Shown: piece after piece, positions 63,082-64,000 of the stretch
How positions within the stretch are numbered: the stretch's first letter is position 1
How the letters are laid out: each line of letters starts with the position of its first letter
Assembly (NCBI GenBank): GCA_963752255.1
Contig: CAVVXT010000005.1
Coordinates: 42,168-106,167, forward strand
From: Nitrososphaeria archaeon
GTDB lineage: Archaea; Thermoproteota; Nitrososphaeria; JACIWG01
DNA: 64,000 bases
Reading direction: 5' to 3'
Program-made: the position numbers and the translations under genes
The notes under the pieces: generated by a model
Told to the model about the DNA's origin: nothing
Seen by the model: only the letters and a program-made list of their open reading frames with translations
Databases searched by the model: none

Positions 63082-63126
63082 GGGCCCGGTTGTTTCTTTC
63101 TGACCATAATTAAGTGTAGATACCTT
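63082..63126 (+). repeat. Degenerate att-like site, imperfect copy of 56538-56577
   Basis: GGGCCCGGTTGTTTCT...ACCATAATTAAGTGTAGATACCTT. Confidence 0.55.
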
Positions 63127-63169
63127 TAGTTTGTCGTTGTCTGTAGTAGATGGAAGATACTATTTCTGT

Positions 63170-64000
63170 TTATTCTATGCTTCCTGATAGTTTCATCTCT
63201 TCGAGTCTGGACTGAATTTCAATATTGTAGACGCGTCCTATGTCTTCCCGCGTAATCAACCCTATCATCTTTTTATGGTCTAATGAATCAACTACAGGTA
63301 ATCGTCCAATCTGGTTTCCTGTCATGAGCTGGAAAGCATTATAGAGGCTTGCATTTTGTTCGATTACTACCAAATCCCTTGACATAATTTCCTCCACTTT
63401 CTTCTTTTCCCTTTGGTCAGGGTAAACTTGCAAAATGTCTGTGCGAGTAATCATGCCTATCAGATTCCCTTCGTTATCCAGGATCGGTACACCATTTATC
63501 CCTTTTTCAGCCATCATGCTCGCGACCTCTGAAAGCGGCGAATAGGGTCTGGCTGTGATGACGTTCCTGGTCATCGCATCCTTTACCAGTAGCCTCTGAA
63601 GCAAGGGGATAGAGTATTCACCCTTATGTGCTGGAGATTCAGCCCGAGAAGGAACCTGACTTTTGTATATTGTGTTCTTGCCTGTTACAATATATGCTAT
63701 TGTAGTTGCCACCATTGAGGGAACAAAAAGGGTTAGACTACCAGTCATTTCGGTGACCATCAACATGACCGCGACAGGAGCCTTCCCTACGCCTCCAAAG
63801 AAGCACATCATACCGATTATAACAAATGAAGGTAGGTTACCTTGGAAACCTGGTAAAATCGCATTAAGAATAGCCCACATCGCTGCTCCGAGCATTCCTC
63901 CTATTACTAAAGCGGGGGCAAATACTCCACCACTTCCACCGGACCCTACAGTCAACGATGTAGCAACAATCTTAAGTAGTACGATCGCTAGTAAAATAGT
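63170..64000 (-). CDS. CLC chloride channel with CBS pair, C-terminal part
   Basis: GSGGSGGVFAP, EMTG, two CBS domains. Confidence 0.9.
   Translation of the reverse strand, partial: TILLAIVLLKIVATSLTVGSGGSGGVFAPALVIGGMLGAAMWAILNAILPGFQGNLPSFVIIGMMCFFGGVGKAPVAVMLMVTEMTGSLTLFVPSMVATTIAYIVTGKNTIYKSQVPSRAESPAHKGEYSIPLLQRLLVKDAMTRNVITARPYSPLSEVASMMAEKGINGVPILDNEGNLIGMITRTDILQVYPDQREKKKVEEIMSRDLVVIEQNASLYNAFQLMTGNQIGRLPVVDSLDHKKMIGLITREDIGRVYNIEIQSRLEEMKLSGSIE

Larger units (their letters stand above)
53519..63128. mobile_element. Second and older integrated material stacked behind element 1; right boundary uncertain (56544, 63088 or beyond window)
   Basis: Second integrase directly after att; degenerate att-like motifs; relic of an element-1 gene. 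Confidence 0.5.

Overview
Archaeal chromosome segment, probably TACK lineage (Bathyarchaeia- or Nitrososphaeria-like; inferred from a CdvB/Snf7 gene, a tungsten-type AOR, an archaeal tRNA and the integrase type). Bases 1-30.7 kb are mixed metabolic, redox and transport genes, many split by single-base indels that look like assembly errors. An intact tRNA-Lys(UUU) at 30927-31000 is the entry point of a ~22.5 kb integrated element bounded by a perfect 21-bp direct repeat (30983-31003 and 53519-53539). The element carries: a tyrosine integrase; a leftward replication operon with an MCM-like AAA+ ATPase whose gene contains an iteron-like repeat cluster; a divergent RHH/wHTH switch; an RHH-led operon for UDP-glucose dehydrogenase, a class-I hyaluronan-synthase-like GT2 and a membrane protein; and a defence cluster (type IIG R-M, HEPN-like, pentapeptide-TIR, Vsr-C5 MTase fusion, GHKL nuclease). 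A second paralogous integrase starts right after the distal repeat. It is followed by a CdvB/ESCRT-III gene and further cargo, punctuated by a recurring GGCCCG...ATTAAGTG motif and a decayed copy of an element-1 gene, which suggests stacked elements or cassettes at one tRNA. All calls come from reading motifs by eye; no database searches were run.
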